Source: an uncultured virus (IMG/VR IMGVR_UViG_3300013109_000180) (Duplodnaviria; Heunggongvirae; Uroviricota; Caudoviricetes). From it: 64,000 bases of DNA. Below the pieces are notes generated by a model. It saw nothing but the letters and a program-made list of their open reading frames with translations, was not told the DNA's origin and did not search any database. The position numbers and the translations under genes are program-made. Shown here piece after piece: positions 47,921 through 57,953 of this stretch (its first letter is position 1; each line of letters starts with the position of its first letter). The stretch lies in the IMG/VR virus record IMGVR_UViG_3300013109_000180; one strand, written 5' to 3'.

Positions 47921-49176
47921 ATATCTAATTCCTTTAAGTCTTGTTTATATAATTTCCATAATTTAGCCTGAGGATGTTTTTTTAGCATAAGTTCTTTTGT
48001 AAGTGGTTCATCCATGTCTCCCTCTTCGTTTATAGATACTTTTGCTATTTGATACAGTCTAGATATTGCATGATCTTTGTCAGCTAAAACTGGCGGATTA
48101 CTATCTTCCCATTTTTTCCATTTGTCTTTAATTCTTTGTTTAGTTTTTTTACCCAAGTTTCTATAATCAATATATCTATGCCATTCCATTCCGGGTGCAA
48201 TTCTATTTGTGTGCATCCAGCCAGTTTTTGAATTCTTTAATTTGCTATAAAGATAATCACATGTTTCTGTTATGCACCCTATGTTTAATGCTGTAAGTAA
48301 TACATTAACTGAAAATATAATATTAGCATTACTTTCTGCTAATTGTACGTACTTGTCTACAGTATCTTCTATATCTTGCCATTCATAGTTACCAGGGCGT
48401 TGTATTTTTACATGTTTGCCAACACTATCCATACTGAAAACAATTCTAACTTGTTTTACTTTCTTCCATTGCTCAATTACACGTTGACTAGGAAGTATAC
48501 TTCCATTTGTGTGGTAGTCTATTTCTAAAGTATTGGGGTTTTTATTTTGTTCTATAATCGTTTCTAAGAACGTATCATGTTTCTTTTCTATCATAGGCTC
48601 GCCACCTAAGAGTGTTAGTAACTTTAATCCTTCTAAGTCTTCATCTATACTATCTATTGATTGAATAAATCCTTTAGGAATACTTTTTCCAGGATTAAAT
48701 GCACTATATATTATGCTACTAGAGCCGCCGTTACACATTACACATGCCATATTACATAGGTTGCTTAATCCCGTCTCCAACCATTTCATAGCCATTGGTT
48801 CGTTTTTATACGTATGAAATCTATACCAAGGTGCGAATCTTTTATGATGTATAGTTCTAAGATGTTCTTTTCCGTATGCCTCTTTGTGATTTTTGTGGAA
48901 TTTGCTATCTTCATTTTTATAACATACATTACAACCGCTTGGTCTTTTACCTTCGAGCATCATTTGTCTGATTTTTTGAAAATATTCACTGTTTCTAGCA
49001 TTTGTTAATCCATCGCTAACCATTGCTCGTTTCACATTATGTTCTTTGGCAAATCTTGCACTCTTACCATGCCATAAGCAACAAGGAACTACATCACCTT
49101 CAGAGCCAATATTGGCACTTACCCAAGGTAATATACAAAAACTTTTTGTTGGTAAGTCATCTAAACTCATTGTCAT
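47917..49176 (-). CDS. Radical SAM protein with N-terminal twitch-like domain (paralogue of 6311-7555)
   Basis: CILPW...VPCC...CNVC; CNMACVMC; LGGEP. Confidence 0.9.
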   Translation of the reverse strand: MTMSLDDLPTKSFCILPWVSANIGSEGDVVPCCLWHGKSARFAKEHNVKRAMVSDGLTNARNSEYFQKIRQMMLEGKRPSGCNVCYKNEDSKFHKNHKEAYGKEHLRTIHHKRFAPWYRFHTYKNEPMAMKWLETGLSNLCNMACVMCNGGSSSIIYSAFNPGKSIPKGFIQSIDSIDEDLEGLKLLTLLGGEPMIEKKHDTFLETIIEQNKNPNTLEIDYHTNGSILPSQRVIEQWKKVKQVRIVFSMDSVGKHVKIQRPGNYEWQDIEDTVDKYVQLAESNANIIFSVNVLLTALNIGCITETCDYLYSKLKNSKTGWMHTNRIAPGMEWHRYIDYRNLGKKTKQRIKDKWKKWEDSNPPVLADKDHAISRLYQIAKVSINEEGDMDEPLTKELMLKKHPQAKLWKLYKQDLKELDI

Positions 49177-50267
49177 TTAAACTGCTCCCCATATGGATCA
49201 AATTCAGTGCCACATTTCATAGCACAAACTCCCAATTTACCTTCTTTAATGCTGTTTAATGTCCAGCTACGTTGTATATCTTTCATAATGCCACTTTCAA
49301 AGACACCCTTTATGGTATTTATCTTAGCACTAATTCCATTCTTGCCTCCTACTCTGTCTATAAAGTCCCATATCTGTTCCACTTTAGGATCAGTGTGCCA
49401 CCATTTATACATACGACCTGCTGTCCAACAACAAGGCATAACTAATCCTTCTGCTGTTATAAAAATACTTTTAAGGTCTTTCTTTGCTACTTTACATGTT
49501 ATTGTTGCTTGATTATAATAGTCCATCATACTACCATACGTTTTTTCAATCTCTTCTTGTTTTAATAGTGCAAGGTTTTGATGTTCTGCTTTTTTAGGTT
49601 TAGCAAGTTTTTGCATATCTGCACCTTTACGATTCTTTGCTTGGTGTGTTTGTTTAGCTGTACTGTCTGCTCTAACAAAGCGACCTGTTTTCTTTTTCAT
49701 AAAACGTTCAACGCCCCATTCTTTAGCAAGTTGTTCAGCACGTTCAACATCACATTCACTATGTTCAAATATTAAATAGTCCCAACGAGCTCTGCCACCA
49801 GCGGCAATAAATGCTTTCATGTTACGTTCAACGTACTCCCATTTAACTCCTTGCCTATATAAATGATTAGTTTCTTCAAGCCCATCTACACTAAAGATAA
49901 CACATCCATTTTTACCTATTACTTTTGCTACATCAGCCCACCACTCTACATCTCTAGCACCTGCGTTTGTATTCATGCTTAACCACATATTAGGATTACA
50001 ATCTCTAAACCATTGAAATATTTCTAATGTATCTCTAGCACTAATTGGGTCGCCCAAGTTACCACACATATACATTGTTTTTAATTGTGCTATAAAGTCT
50101 GCTGGAAATATATCAATACAATCATCAAGTGTTAATTCTTGTAAATTTCCTCTGATATGTTGATTAACTGGTCCACCATTTTCATTACGGTCACACATAG
50201 GGCAACTTGCATTACAACGTTGTGTAACTTCTAAATGAACTTCGTTTATTTGCTTATAATTGTACAT
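49173..50267 (-). CDS. Radical SAM protein with C-terminal SPASM/twitch-like domain
   Basis: CNASCPMC, GNLGDP, FSVDG; VMPCC...CAMKC. Confidence 0.9.
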   Translation of the reverse strand: MYNYKQINEVHLEVTQRCNASCPMCDRNENGGPVNQHIRGNLQELTLDDCIDIFPADFIAQLKTMYMCGNLGDPISARDTLEIFQWFRDCNPNMWLSMNTNAGARDVEWWADVAKVIGKNGCVIFSVDGLEETNHLYRQGVKWEYVERNMKAFIAAGGRARWDYLIFEHSECDVERAEQLAKEWGVERFMKKKTGRFVRADSTAKQTHQAKNRKGADMQKLAKPKKAEHQNLALLKQEEIEKTYGSMMDYYNQATITCKVAKKDLKSIFITAEGLVMPCCWTAGRMYKWWHTDPKVEQIWDFIDRVGGKNGISAKINTIKGVFESGIMKDIQRSWTLNSIKEGKLGVCAMKCGTEFDPYGEQFK

Positions 50268-50620
50268 TAATATAATCCATCAAATATAAAATAGTCTACT
50301 ATAAATGTTAATTCAGCACCAATAAAGACTGCTAAGTAATAATTATTTAGCTTATCCCATAGCATTTTAATAATCCACCATGCTATTCCTACTCGCAATG
50401 TATATAATATATTTGCTTGTAGTATTTCCATTGCTTCTGGCAATGCTTGTGCTTGAAATAAGTATGCAAATATTCCACCGTCATATAAAAAACTAACCTG
50501 TGCGGCAATTAATACTGCAATTCCAAATGGAAAATATTTATGAAAGAATTTTACTATATGTGCTGTAACTAATAATCTAAAGCCTACATATATTATATTA
50601 GTTAATAATAGTTCCATCAA
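50267..50620 (-). CDS. Multi-TM membrane protein
   Basis: About four hydrophobic segments. Confidence 0.7.
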   Translation of the reverse strand: MMELLLTNIIYVGFRLLVTAHIVKFFHKYFPFGIAVLIAAQVSFLYDGGIFAYLFQAQALPEAMEILQANILYTLRVGIAWWIIKMLWDKLNNYYLAVFIGAELTFIVDYFIFDGLY

Positions 50621-50943
50621 TGTGATCGCTTACCATCAAAGACACAAACAAAATATAGTCCTTCTGGTCCACAACTCACTCTATGATGTACTCCGTCTTC
50701 TATCAAAACTACATCACCTGCTTCTACAAACTTTGGAACATCATTTAAATACATTGTTCCTGCACCTTTAACAAAATAATAAACTTCTTCTTGGCCAGGA
50801 TGTGTATGTCCGTTTGTACTTTGGTATGGTTTTAAGTCTGTTGAACTAACAACAAGATTATTTAATAATGTGTTATCTTTAAGTTTATATGTTTTATTAT
50901 CTTTAACAACTACACCACCTATATCGTTTATTTTTAAATACAT
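50617..50943 (-). CDS. Cupin-domain protein
   Basis: HTHPGQEEVYYF...GDVVLIEDGVHH. Confidence 0.85.
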   Translation of the reverse strand: MYLKINDIGGVVVKDNKTYKLKDNTLLNNLVVSSTDLKPYQSTNGHTHPGQEEVYYFVKGAGTMYLNDVPKFVEAGDVVLIEDGVHHRVSCGPEGLYFVCVFDGKRSH

Positions 50944-50945
50944 AT

Positions 50946-51203
50946 TTAATCATCCATTATTAGTTTCACATTTTTTCCTGGTCCAATTTCACTTGGAAAT
51001 CCACCGTGCTCTTCACAGTAATATATAATAACAGCTCTATACCATTGCTGACTGTTATGATGTGCTTCTTTATTAAATTTATAGATACTATTGTTGTCTG
51101 CAGGCATTGTACTAATTGCTCGTGCCGCTTCTCTCTGTAATTCTCTTAGTGTATAATTATCAAGTATTACATTCCACAATTCTTTATCCATTTTAATCTT
51201 CAA
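50946..51203 (-). CDS. Hypothetical protein
   Basis: Coupled ORF. Confidence 0.65.
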   Translation of the reverse strand: MKIKMDKELWNVILDNYTLRELQREAARAISTMPADNNSIYKFNKEAHHNSQQWYRAVIIYYCEEHGGFPSEIGPGKNVKLIMDD

Positions 51204-51438
51204 TTCCTTTTAACTTTAATAGCATAGCTCTTTTTTCGTCTACAAATTCAAATGCTAATATTTGTCTTCCGTTTGTTTCTTTATAAAATACTTCTGCTAA
51301 TTTATAATCAACATTATACTTTAGTCCTTCTTGCCCTAGTAATGATGCTATGTTTGCAATAGCATCGTAAGTGGCAAATGCATCTGTATTGTCAGTGTAC
51401 TCGTCTGTAAAAAATCTTATTACTGCTGTCGATTTCAT
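51193..51438 (-). CDS. Hypothetical protein
   Basis: Coupled ORF; ends FEFVDEKRAMLLKL. Confidence 0.7.
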   Translation of the reverse strand: MKSTAVIRFFTDEYTDNTDAFATYDAIANIASLLGQEGLKYNVDYKLAEVFYKETNGRQILAFEFVDEKRAMLLKLKGIED

Positions 51439-51439
51439 A

Positions 51440-51679
51440 TTAATGTAATGTTAATTTTTGAACACCTGCTAGTCTAATTAGCATAGCTTCATGTTTATCT
51501 CTAAATCCAAACTTAAGAACTTGTTCATCACCTTCGCGATATGATTCATGAAACCAAAAGTCTGGCCCGTATACTAATCCTTTTGCACCTATCTCTGCTG
51601 ATATTTTACAACACGCATCCATATCAGAATGCTCAGTAAAGTCATCCATAACAAAATCTATGTATATTACATCTTTCAT
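51440..51679 (-). CDS. Hypothetical protein (paralogue of 51193-51438)
   Basis: Ends FGFRDKHEAMLIRL. Confidence 0.7.
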   Translation of the reverse strand: MKDVIYIDFVMDDFTEHSDMDACCKISAEIGAKGLVYGPDFWFHESYREGDEQVLKFGFRDKHEAMLIRLAGVQKLTLH

Positions 51680-51684
51680 ATGTT

Positions 51685-52620
51685 TTATTTAATGCCGATT
51701 AGCATAAACCTATTATAAAGCTCAGTGTCTAAATTACCTTCATACATTATACTCTGCATTGGATATTTAGACTTAGCTTCTTCTATATCTTCACAACAAT
51801 TACTATGTTGTGGATTATCAAAATAATCATTTGTGTGTAGTATTACAAACGTTCCTTCTGGTAAATTTTCAAACCAAGTATTATTCATATGTTCGCAACT
51901 TGTATTAATGACCATATGAATCTTTTCTTCATGTTCAGTATGATGAGCATTATATATCATGCTCTTTCCATTCCATTTAATTTTGTTAACATCATGTGTA
52001 ATAGCAAAGAATTTACCTTCGCTAACTTCTTTTTCGTATAAACATTCAGTAGGAGGAATAACTTTTGGATCGTTATCAACAGTATAAATTTTATTTACTT
52101 CAAACTGTGAGAATAAAAAGTATGCTACAAAATTATACCAACCACCATAAAATACTACATTACCTAAGTTACCTTCTACACATTTTGCAAGTTCGGTTGC
52201 TAACCAAATTTTACTCTTTACTTGTCCACGTGATAAAAAGTCTCCTAAGTCAGGAAGTAATAAAGATGTTGCATGATCAACTACAAAGTAATCAATAAAT
52301 CTACAAATTCTATTAACAAAATCATCATCTGCCACTGTTGCAATTAAACTAGTAATGAGTTCTGTTTTTACTTCTACATCATTCATATGTTCATTTAAAA
52401 GCATGTTCACCCAGGCTCTACGCAACTCATATGGAACTTTTTCAATTCCTTCGTATTTGCCTTCTATCATATTCATTATTATATCACGTTTACGATAATA
52501 GTTTTGATGATATAATGCTTTAAATACTGGCTCGTATTTTTCTTCTTGTCCGGTAGCCCGAAAGTATTCGCTCAGTCCATTCAACCAATGAAACTTACTT
52601 GTAAATTCAGAGTGCTTCAT
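51685..52620 (-). CDS. Class I SAM-dependent methyltransferase-like protein
   Basis: GQVKSKIWL, VFYGGWYN, TVDND, INTSCEHM. Confidence 0.6.
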   Translation of the reverse strand: MKHSEFTSKFHWLNGLSEYFRATGQEEKYEPVFKALYHQNYYRKRDIIMNMIEGKYEGIEKVPYELRRAWVNMLLNEHMNDVEVKTELITSLIATVADDDFVNRICRFIDYFVVDHATSLLLPDLGDFLSRGQVKSKIWLATELAKCVEGNLGNVVFYGGWYNFVAYFLFSQFEVNKIYTVDNDPKVIPPTECLYEKEVSEGKFFAITHDVNKIKWNGKSMIYNAHHTEHEEKIHMVINTSCEHMNNTWFENLPEGTFVILHTNDYFDNPQHSNCCEDIEEAKSKYPMQSIMYEGNLDTELYNRFMLIGIK

Positions 52621-53311
52621 TAAACTTTTCCTTTAGCCATTCCCAATCATTAATCTTATTTAATGCTTTAGTGTTATTTTTATAATGCTCTCCAAAGTCT
52701 CTGCCTTGGTTAGCACCTAGTATTGCATAGTCTCCGTAACGCCTGTCCTCGCCACGTTCGCACCATACTTTCAATCTGTATGCATCATCTATTTGTTTAT
52801 TATTGTCAATGATATTACTTGAAAGTTTAGTACATTCTCTAAATGCACTTCGCCATGTGTTAAATGGGTCTGTATTAAACTGTGTTATATTTGAAATTTC
52901 AAACATTGGCTTAAATATTGCTCCAATGCTTGTAGTCATATCTACTTTAAACTCTTTTACTGCTAGTAAATTCTTTTTAGGAAATAGTTTTAATGCACCA
53001 TTGCCGTACACTAAATCATTAATAGGATTGTGGCTACGATATGTAAATACACATTCTGTTTCTTTTACACCTGGATAAGCCAATCGTCTATCGCTTGGTG
53101 TAAACTTAAATGCAAAGTTTTCTGTTATAACTGCGTCTGCGTCACACACATAAAAATAACTTGTGCGTGATTCTTCAGCACAGGCTTTATGTGCGTTAAG
53201 TAATCCTTCAACACCGTCTATGCGTTTAGCATGTGGTGCTTTTTCTTGTAGTATTTTAAAATTATCATCTGCTTCTGGTTCTCCGAACGTTAGCATGAAA
53301 ACATCTAACAT
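52607..53311 (-). CDS. GT-A glycosyltransferase-like protein
   Basis: AHKACA...VCDADA (DxD), YGNGALKL, WRSAFRE. Confidence 0.6.
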   Translation of the reverse strand: MLDVFMLTFGEPEADDNFKILQEKAPHAKRIDGVEGLLNAHKACAEESRTSYFYVCDADAVITENFAFKFTPSDRRLAYPGVKETECVFTYRSHNPINDLVYGNGALKLFPKKNLLAVKEFKVDMTTSIGAIFKPMFEISNITQFNTDPFNTWRSAFRECTKLSSNIIDNNKQIDDAYRLKVWCERGEDRRYGDYAILGANQGRDFGEHYKNNTKALNKINDWEWLKEKFNEAL

Positions 53312-53330
53312 AAACTATTTCCTTTATCAT

Positions 53331-53359
53331 ATAATACATTAAGTTGACTGAAATGTCAA
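53331..53359 (-). promoter_or_regulatory. Sigma70-type promoter
   Basis: TTGACA-17bp-TATTAT with an extended TG. Confidence 0.7.
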
Positions 53360-53407
53360 GTGATTGTGCGGGTTTTGTCTCGTTATAACTATATTTATCG
53401 ACAACAA

Positions 53408-53432
53408 CAACACCCCGATTTGGGGGGTGTTG
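53408..53432 (-). terminator. Putative intrinsic terminator hairpin
   Basis: caacacccc/ggggtgttg stem just after the 53443 stop; weak U tract. Confidence 0.6.
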
Positions 53433-53442
53433 CAATTATCAA

Positions 53443-53952
53443 TTATTGTGCAAGTGGGTTATCTAATGCTCTTTGTAATCTTTTATTGAGTCTTTCTTCA
53501 AGATCTGTAAGTTTAAGATCGGTGCTAGTTCTTAGACTATCTGCTTTTTGTTCGTAATCTGTTAATAACTGGTCACGTTTGTTTTCAAAACGTTGGTCAG
53601 CTAATGTTAATAGTTCACGTACATCTTCGTCAATATCATTAACATCATCTTCAACTTGGTCAACTATTCTCTCTAATCTAACAATATCATCACGTAATCC
53701 GTTCTTAATATCCTTTGAATACTCTAGTGCTTCGTCTAACTTAGTATTAACTACTGCTAGTTCGGATCTAATTCCACTTAGGTCAGGTGCTACATATCTT
53801 TCTATTTTGGCTTTCATCATTCTATAGTCATTATAGAACTCAAAGCCTCCCCAAGCCGCACCACCTAATGCACTTAACACTGTTAGAACTAAAAATAATT
53901 TACCACCTGTAAACTTTAACCCGCCTACTTCTAGTGTTGTTTTTTCACTCAT
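53443..53952 (-). CDS. Membrane-anchored coiled-coil protein
   Basis: N-terminal TM segment, long heptad-rich region. Confidence 0.75.
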   Translation of the reverse strand: MSEKTTLEVGGLKFTGGKLFLVLTVLSALGGAAWGGFEFYNDYRMMKAKIERYVAPDLSGIRSELAVVNTKLDEALEYSKDIKNGLRDDIVRLERIVDQVEDDVNDIDEDVRELLTLADQRFENKRDQLLTDYEQKADSLRTSTDLKLTDLEERLNKRLQRALDNPLAQ

Positions 53953-53957
53953 GTGTT

Positions 53958-56186
53958 TTACTCCATTCCTTCATATTGCATGTCAACCATCTTCTTATGA
54001 AGGAGTTCACTCGCAAGTCCATTTCTCAAACCTCGTTGGTTCTCTGGTATCTTTTTATCTAAGTATATATCTTCAGGTTGATAAAAGTCTACGCCAGGAA
54101 TCATTAGTTTTCCATATGCATTAAATCCTGGCACATAATTAATCAACGCCGCTATTAATTGTTGTAGGGCCTGCTGGTCTTCTAATGACTGTGCTTCTCC
54201 TACTGCAATTGCTAACTCTTTTAACTTTTCTGTAATTATTTCTCTCATTTTCTTTTCTTTAGCCTTTTGTTTTTCTGCCTTTGTTAGTTTTTTAGTTTTA
54301 GTTTTAGTTACAACTGTTTCAGTACTTGTGTCCTCTGCTGATTCTTTCGACTCATCTTCAGGAGCCTCTTCTTCAACTACTTCTTCTTCTACTGTTTCGT
54401 CCTCTATTACTTCTTCTTCAATTGCTTCTTCTTCAATTGCTTCTTCCTCTATTACTTCTTCTTCAATTGCTTCTTCCTCTATTACCTCTTCCTCAACTAC
54501 TTCTTCAGTGCCGGCCTCCGTTTCTGTTTCCACTTCTTCTGTAATTAATTCTTGTTCCATTTGTTCTTCTATTTCTTGTTCTATTTCTTGTTCTATTTCT
54601 TGTTCTATTTGTTCTATTATTGTAGGTGGTTCAACTACCTCAGGTGTTGTTTCTATAACATTAGGTCCTACAATCACTACCTCAGGTGTTGGTTCTGGTT
54701 CAGGTTCAGGTTCAGGTTCAGGCATTGGTTCGGGTTCAAGTGGAGGTGGTATTATTATAACTGTTGGTGGTAATGCTGGTGCTTCAATAACACTATCAAC
54801 AACACTATCGCCTGTTCCTGCACCGTCATCAATTATATCATCTATATCTGTCGTGACAACGGGTGGTATATAACCTGTACACTGTTCATCATATTGTGGA
54901 TTATATGTACACTGTTGATTAAAATATGCTACATCATATCCAGTACATAAGAAATCATACAACGGGTCAGCATCACAACTAGCCTCAAAATATCCGTCAC
55001 ATCCTGAATTATATAATGGACTTATTTCACACTGTTGAGTGAAGTAGGCTTCTGCGTACCCAGTACATCCACTATCATATAATGCATTTAATCCACATTG
55101 TTGTGCATAATAAGCGGCCGCATAACCTGTACAACCTTCATTATATAATGCACTTATGCCACACTGTTGAGCGAAATAGGCGTCAGCATAGCCCGTACAT
55201 CCACTATCATATAATGCATTTAACCCACATTGTTGATTATAATATGCTGACGCATATCCATTACAACCCGAATCATATAGTGGATCGGCTGTACATTGTT
55301 GTGTGTAATATGCCGCGGCATAGCCTGGACAACCACTATCGTACAATGCACTTGCGGCACAGGCGGTATCGTATACATATGTTGCGTAGGCGGCCGCATA
55401 ACCTGGGCAACTCGGATCATATAAAGCAGAAGCGGTACAAGGATTAGTTCTATACGTAAACCATGTTTGCATATTTGATATAACTGGTCCATAATACCCA
55501 TTCCATTCACCGCCATCATTACCTACAACTCTAAACCTAACATCACCTAATTGATTGGGTGTGTATATTGTTCCTGTTGTTGTTATGTGATTATAAAGTT
55601 CTATGTTGCCTTCATGTATCTGCCAGACTGCTCCACCAAGATCAGTTGTTTCATTAGTACTGTAAGTGTTTGCGTTATGCCAGTGATACCATTTATCGGG
55701 TGACCACGTTTCTGTTTTAATAACAGTGCCGTTAGCATCTGTAATTTCTACAGTGACGGCTAGTGTATCAAAATAATCCTCATAGGCACCTTCTAGAACT
55801 TCACCAGTAGATAGATTTACTCTGTTGCTGATATTAGTATCACAATACTTGCCTGGATAGTTAAAGCATCCGTTAATCCAATGCCATTTATAATGTACTT
55901 TATCAACAGATATACCTGAGGCTGTTAATGCGTTATTAATGGCTACGGATATTGCAAATGTATCTATGCATTCTCCGTAACGAATAGCCTGAACGCCCCA
56001 ATTATATGAGTCAATAGTTATAGGCGAGTCACCAGAAGGGCAACCACCATTTGGGTGTGTTATTGTTCCATCATTTAGATTTAATGTTTCGGCTGTTGTT
56101 GTTGTATCAGCTAGTGTGAAACTAGAGTAAAAACATAAGCAAACCAATAAGACCAATGCCTTGCATAGCACCTTCAAGTTTGTCAT
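53958..56186 (-). CDS. Secreted protein with Cys/Tyr-rich repeats, PE linker and acidic repeats
   Basis: Signal peptide; nine Cx4(L/Q)Yx3CxGY units; PEPEPE; EQEI and EEE(V/A)I repeats. Confidence 0.85.
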   Translation of the reverse strand: MTNLKVLCKALVLLVCLCFYSSFTLADTTTTAETLNLNDGTITHPNGGCPSGDSPITIDSYNWGVQAIRYGECIDTFAISVAINNALTASGISVDKVHYKWHWINGCFNYPGKYCDTNISNRVNLSTGEVLEGAYEDYFDTLAVTVEITDANGTVIKTETWSPDKWYHWHNANTYSTNETTDLGGAVWQIHEGNIELYNHITTTGTIYTPNQLGDVRFRVVGNDGGEWNGYYGPVISNMQTWFTYRTNPCTASALYDPSCPGYAAAYATYVYDTACAASALYDSGCPGYAAAYYTQQCTADPLYDSGCNGYASAYYNQQCGLNALYDSGCTGYADAYFAQQCGISALYNEGCTGYAAAYYAQQCGLNALYDSGCTGYAEAYFTQQCEISPLYNSGCDGYFEASCDADPLYDFLCTGYDVAYFNQQCTYNPQYDEQCTGYIPPVVTTDIDDIIDDGAGTGDSVVDSVIEAPALPPTVIIIPPPLEPEPMPEPEPEPEPEPTPEVVIVGPNVIETTPEVVEPPTIIEQIEQEIEQEIEQEIEEQMEQELITEEVETETEAGTEEVVEEEVIEEEAIEEEVIEEEAIEEEAIEEEVIEDETVEEEVVEEEAPEDESKESAEDTSTETVVTKTKTKKLTKAEKQKAKEKKMREIITEKLKELAIAVGEAQSLEDQQALQQLIAALINYVPGFNAYGKLMIPGVDFYQPEDIYLDKKIPENQRGLRNGLASELLHKKMVDMQYEGME
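54370..54740 (-). repeat. Low-complexity coding repeats: EEE(V/A)I, EQEI, PE
   Basis: 15-bp, 12-bp and 6-bp tandem units. Confidence 0.85.
54870..55439 (-). repeat. Nine approx. 22-aa (66-bp) Cys-Tyr coding repeats
   Basis: Example unit: CGLNALYDSGCTGYADAYFAQQ. Confidence 0.9.
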
Positions 56187-56667
56187 TCTTCTTAGTCTCC
56201 TGTTCTGTGTTTTCAGGCTTTAATTCAGGGTTAGAATCCCATGCTTGTTGAGCTTCTTCACCAATTTTACCTAAGTACGGACAAGGAGTGCCGGCCATTT
56301 CCATGGCTTTAAATACTCTTTCGTCTTGGCACATTATACTAACTGCGGCTACCTTCATGCCCATGTCATATATTGTTTTGGCTAGTTTAAGCCTTTCACA
56401 ATTCATGTCACGTACTGTTGAACCACCACTAATACCAAGTATCTGTGTTTGAACTGCACCTGATATACCTACAGTACATAAATCGCTATTATTACTATTA
56501 ATACTAGGCGAAATCGCACTAGGTGGCGAACTTTTTACTGTTGTTGTTGTATTTCCGGTTGTTGTTACTGTGCTATTACTAGTACTTTCAGTTACAATAG
56601 GATCAGCATATGCGGCTGTACCTAGTATAAAAACAAAAAATACTAATGCTTGTATTAATACTTTCAT
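56122..56667 (-). CDS. Secreted Cys-containing protein with C-terminal hydrophobic tail
   Basis: Signal peptide; PPSAISP, CERLKLA, GTPCP. Confidence 0.8.
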   Translation of the reverse strand: MKVLIQALVFFVFILGTAAYADPIVTESTSNSTVTTTGNTTTTVKSSPPSAISPSINSNNSDLCTVGISGAVQTQILGISGGSTVRDMNCERLKLAKTIYDMGMKVAAVSIMCQDERVFKAMEMAGTPCPYLGKIGEEAQQAWDSNPELKPENTEQETKKNDKLEGAMQGIGLIGLLMFLL

Positions 56668-56739
56668 TAGTATGCTTCTCCTTAATTAACTACTACTATT
56701 TATGGATTATGTGCGAAAATAATAACACTAGTTTTAATG

Positions 56740-56767
56740 AAAAAAGGACAACCAGAGTTGCCCTTTT
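56740..56767 (-). terminator. Intrinsic terminator after the tctC-like gene
   Basis: Minus strand reads aaaagggcaac-tctg-gttgtcc-tttttt. Confidence 0.75.
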
Positions 56768-56783
56768 GTAGATAGAATATTAA

Positions 56784-57917
56784 TTATTGCCAGTTAAAAA
56801 AGTCTTTAAGCCAACCTCTGATGCTTTTAGATTGTTCAGCTTCTTCAACAACGTCTACTGCATCTGGAGTTAAAATGCTTTCTTTATAAACTGCTTGAAT
56901 GTTTAACGCCTCATTTGAGAATTTAACTAAATTACGTAATGCATCTTCTGTAACAAATGTCATTAGTGTATCTCTTCGAGCATTACCTTCTTCACCAATA
57001 ACCCATTCATAATTGCCAACTTTCTTTTGAATGGCTTTGATAGCCTGCTCGTCTTTAGACATTTCTAACAATGCTTTTTGTAACAACTCTGCATTTGGAT
57101 TACCAGCGTTTACCCAAAATGCTTTTTGTAAAGCATCACGGAATGACTTAACAAGTACATATGCATCATACATTGGACCTGATGGTGCTTCTCCCCATTT
57201 TTGCTCATATAAAATTTCCATTTGTAAACCTGGATAGTTAGGGTCATCTGCGTGTGTACCATCTGCTTGTAGAATTCCATGATGGAACCAAATTTCTGCT
57301 TCTTCGTTAGGAGCAATATGTTTCTTATATGCCGCAGGATTTTCTCTGTCAACAGTTAGTTCACCACGTTTAAATGCTAAACGTCTGTCGCCGCCCTTTT
57401 TAAAACCTGGAACGAAAGTAACTTTTGATTTAAAACAAGTTGTGTATGCATCAATGGAATCTAGTGGTCCACATAATAATAGAGCTAGTGCCATTGCATC
57501 TGGAACACGACCTGGATTAGATGCAAATATAATATTGTCTAAATCTGCATCAAGTCTTTTACCAACAATGATGTTTAAGTTCATCATACCAATTGATTCC
57601 CAATCAGCATAGTTGTAATCAACTTGTTCTTGTAAGAATGATACACCATTACCACCATGTGAAACCATAATAATAGTATCGTCAAATCTTAATTCGTTTT
57701 GAAAGGCATTAACTGCCGGTATATCTCTAGCACCTGGAAAGTTTCTAAGTTTTAGAGTGTGTTCTGGCATAAACCTAGCCAGTTCTTTAAGTACAATTTC
57801 TGTCCACACAGTAGTACCAGAACCTGGTTTCTGTGGAACAACAAATGTAAATGTTTCAGCAAGTGCTGATGTTGCGATTCCTAGTGATAACACTAGGACC
57901 ATTAGAATTTTCTTCAT
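56784..57917 (-). CDS. Tripartite tricarboxylate transporter substrate-binding protein (TctC/Bug-like, divergent)
   Basis: Signal peptide; VVPQKPGSGT, NFPGA, RLAFKRGE; adjacent to tctA. Confidence 0.7.
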   Translation of the reverse strand: MKKILMVLVLSLGIATSALAETFTFVVPQKPGSGTTVWTEIVLKELARFMPEHTLKLRNFPGARDIPAVNAFQNELRFDDTIIMVSHGGNGVSFLQEQVDYNYADWESIGMMNLNIIVGKRLDADLDNIIFASNPGRVPDAMALALLLCGPLDSIDAYTTCFKSKVTFVPGFKKGGDRRLAFKRGELTVDRENPAAYKKHIAPNEEAEIWFHHGILQADGTHADDPNYPGLQMEILYEQKWGEAPSGPMYDAYVLVKSFRDALQKAFWVNAGNPNAELLQKALLEMSKDEQAIKAIQKKVGNYEWVIGEEGNARRDTLMTFVTEDALRNLVKFSNEALNIQAVYKESILTPDAVDVVEEAEQSKSIRGWLKDFFNWQ

Positions 57918-57953
57918 TCTTGTCTCCTTGGAATTGTATATGTATTTATTAAA

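Noticed and set aside
54326..54873. Plus-strand Ser-rich and Leu-rich ORFs
   Set aside because: Antisense read-outs of the Glu/Pro repeats of the 742-aa protein.
54870..55439. Regularly spaced approx. 66-bp repeats as a possible CRISPR array
   Set aside because: The repeats are degenerate at synonymous positions and in frame within a CDS; there is no repeat-spacer structure and no cas gene.
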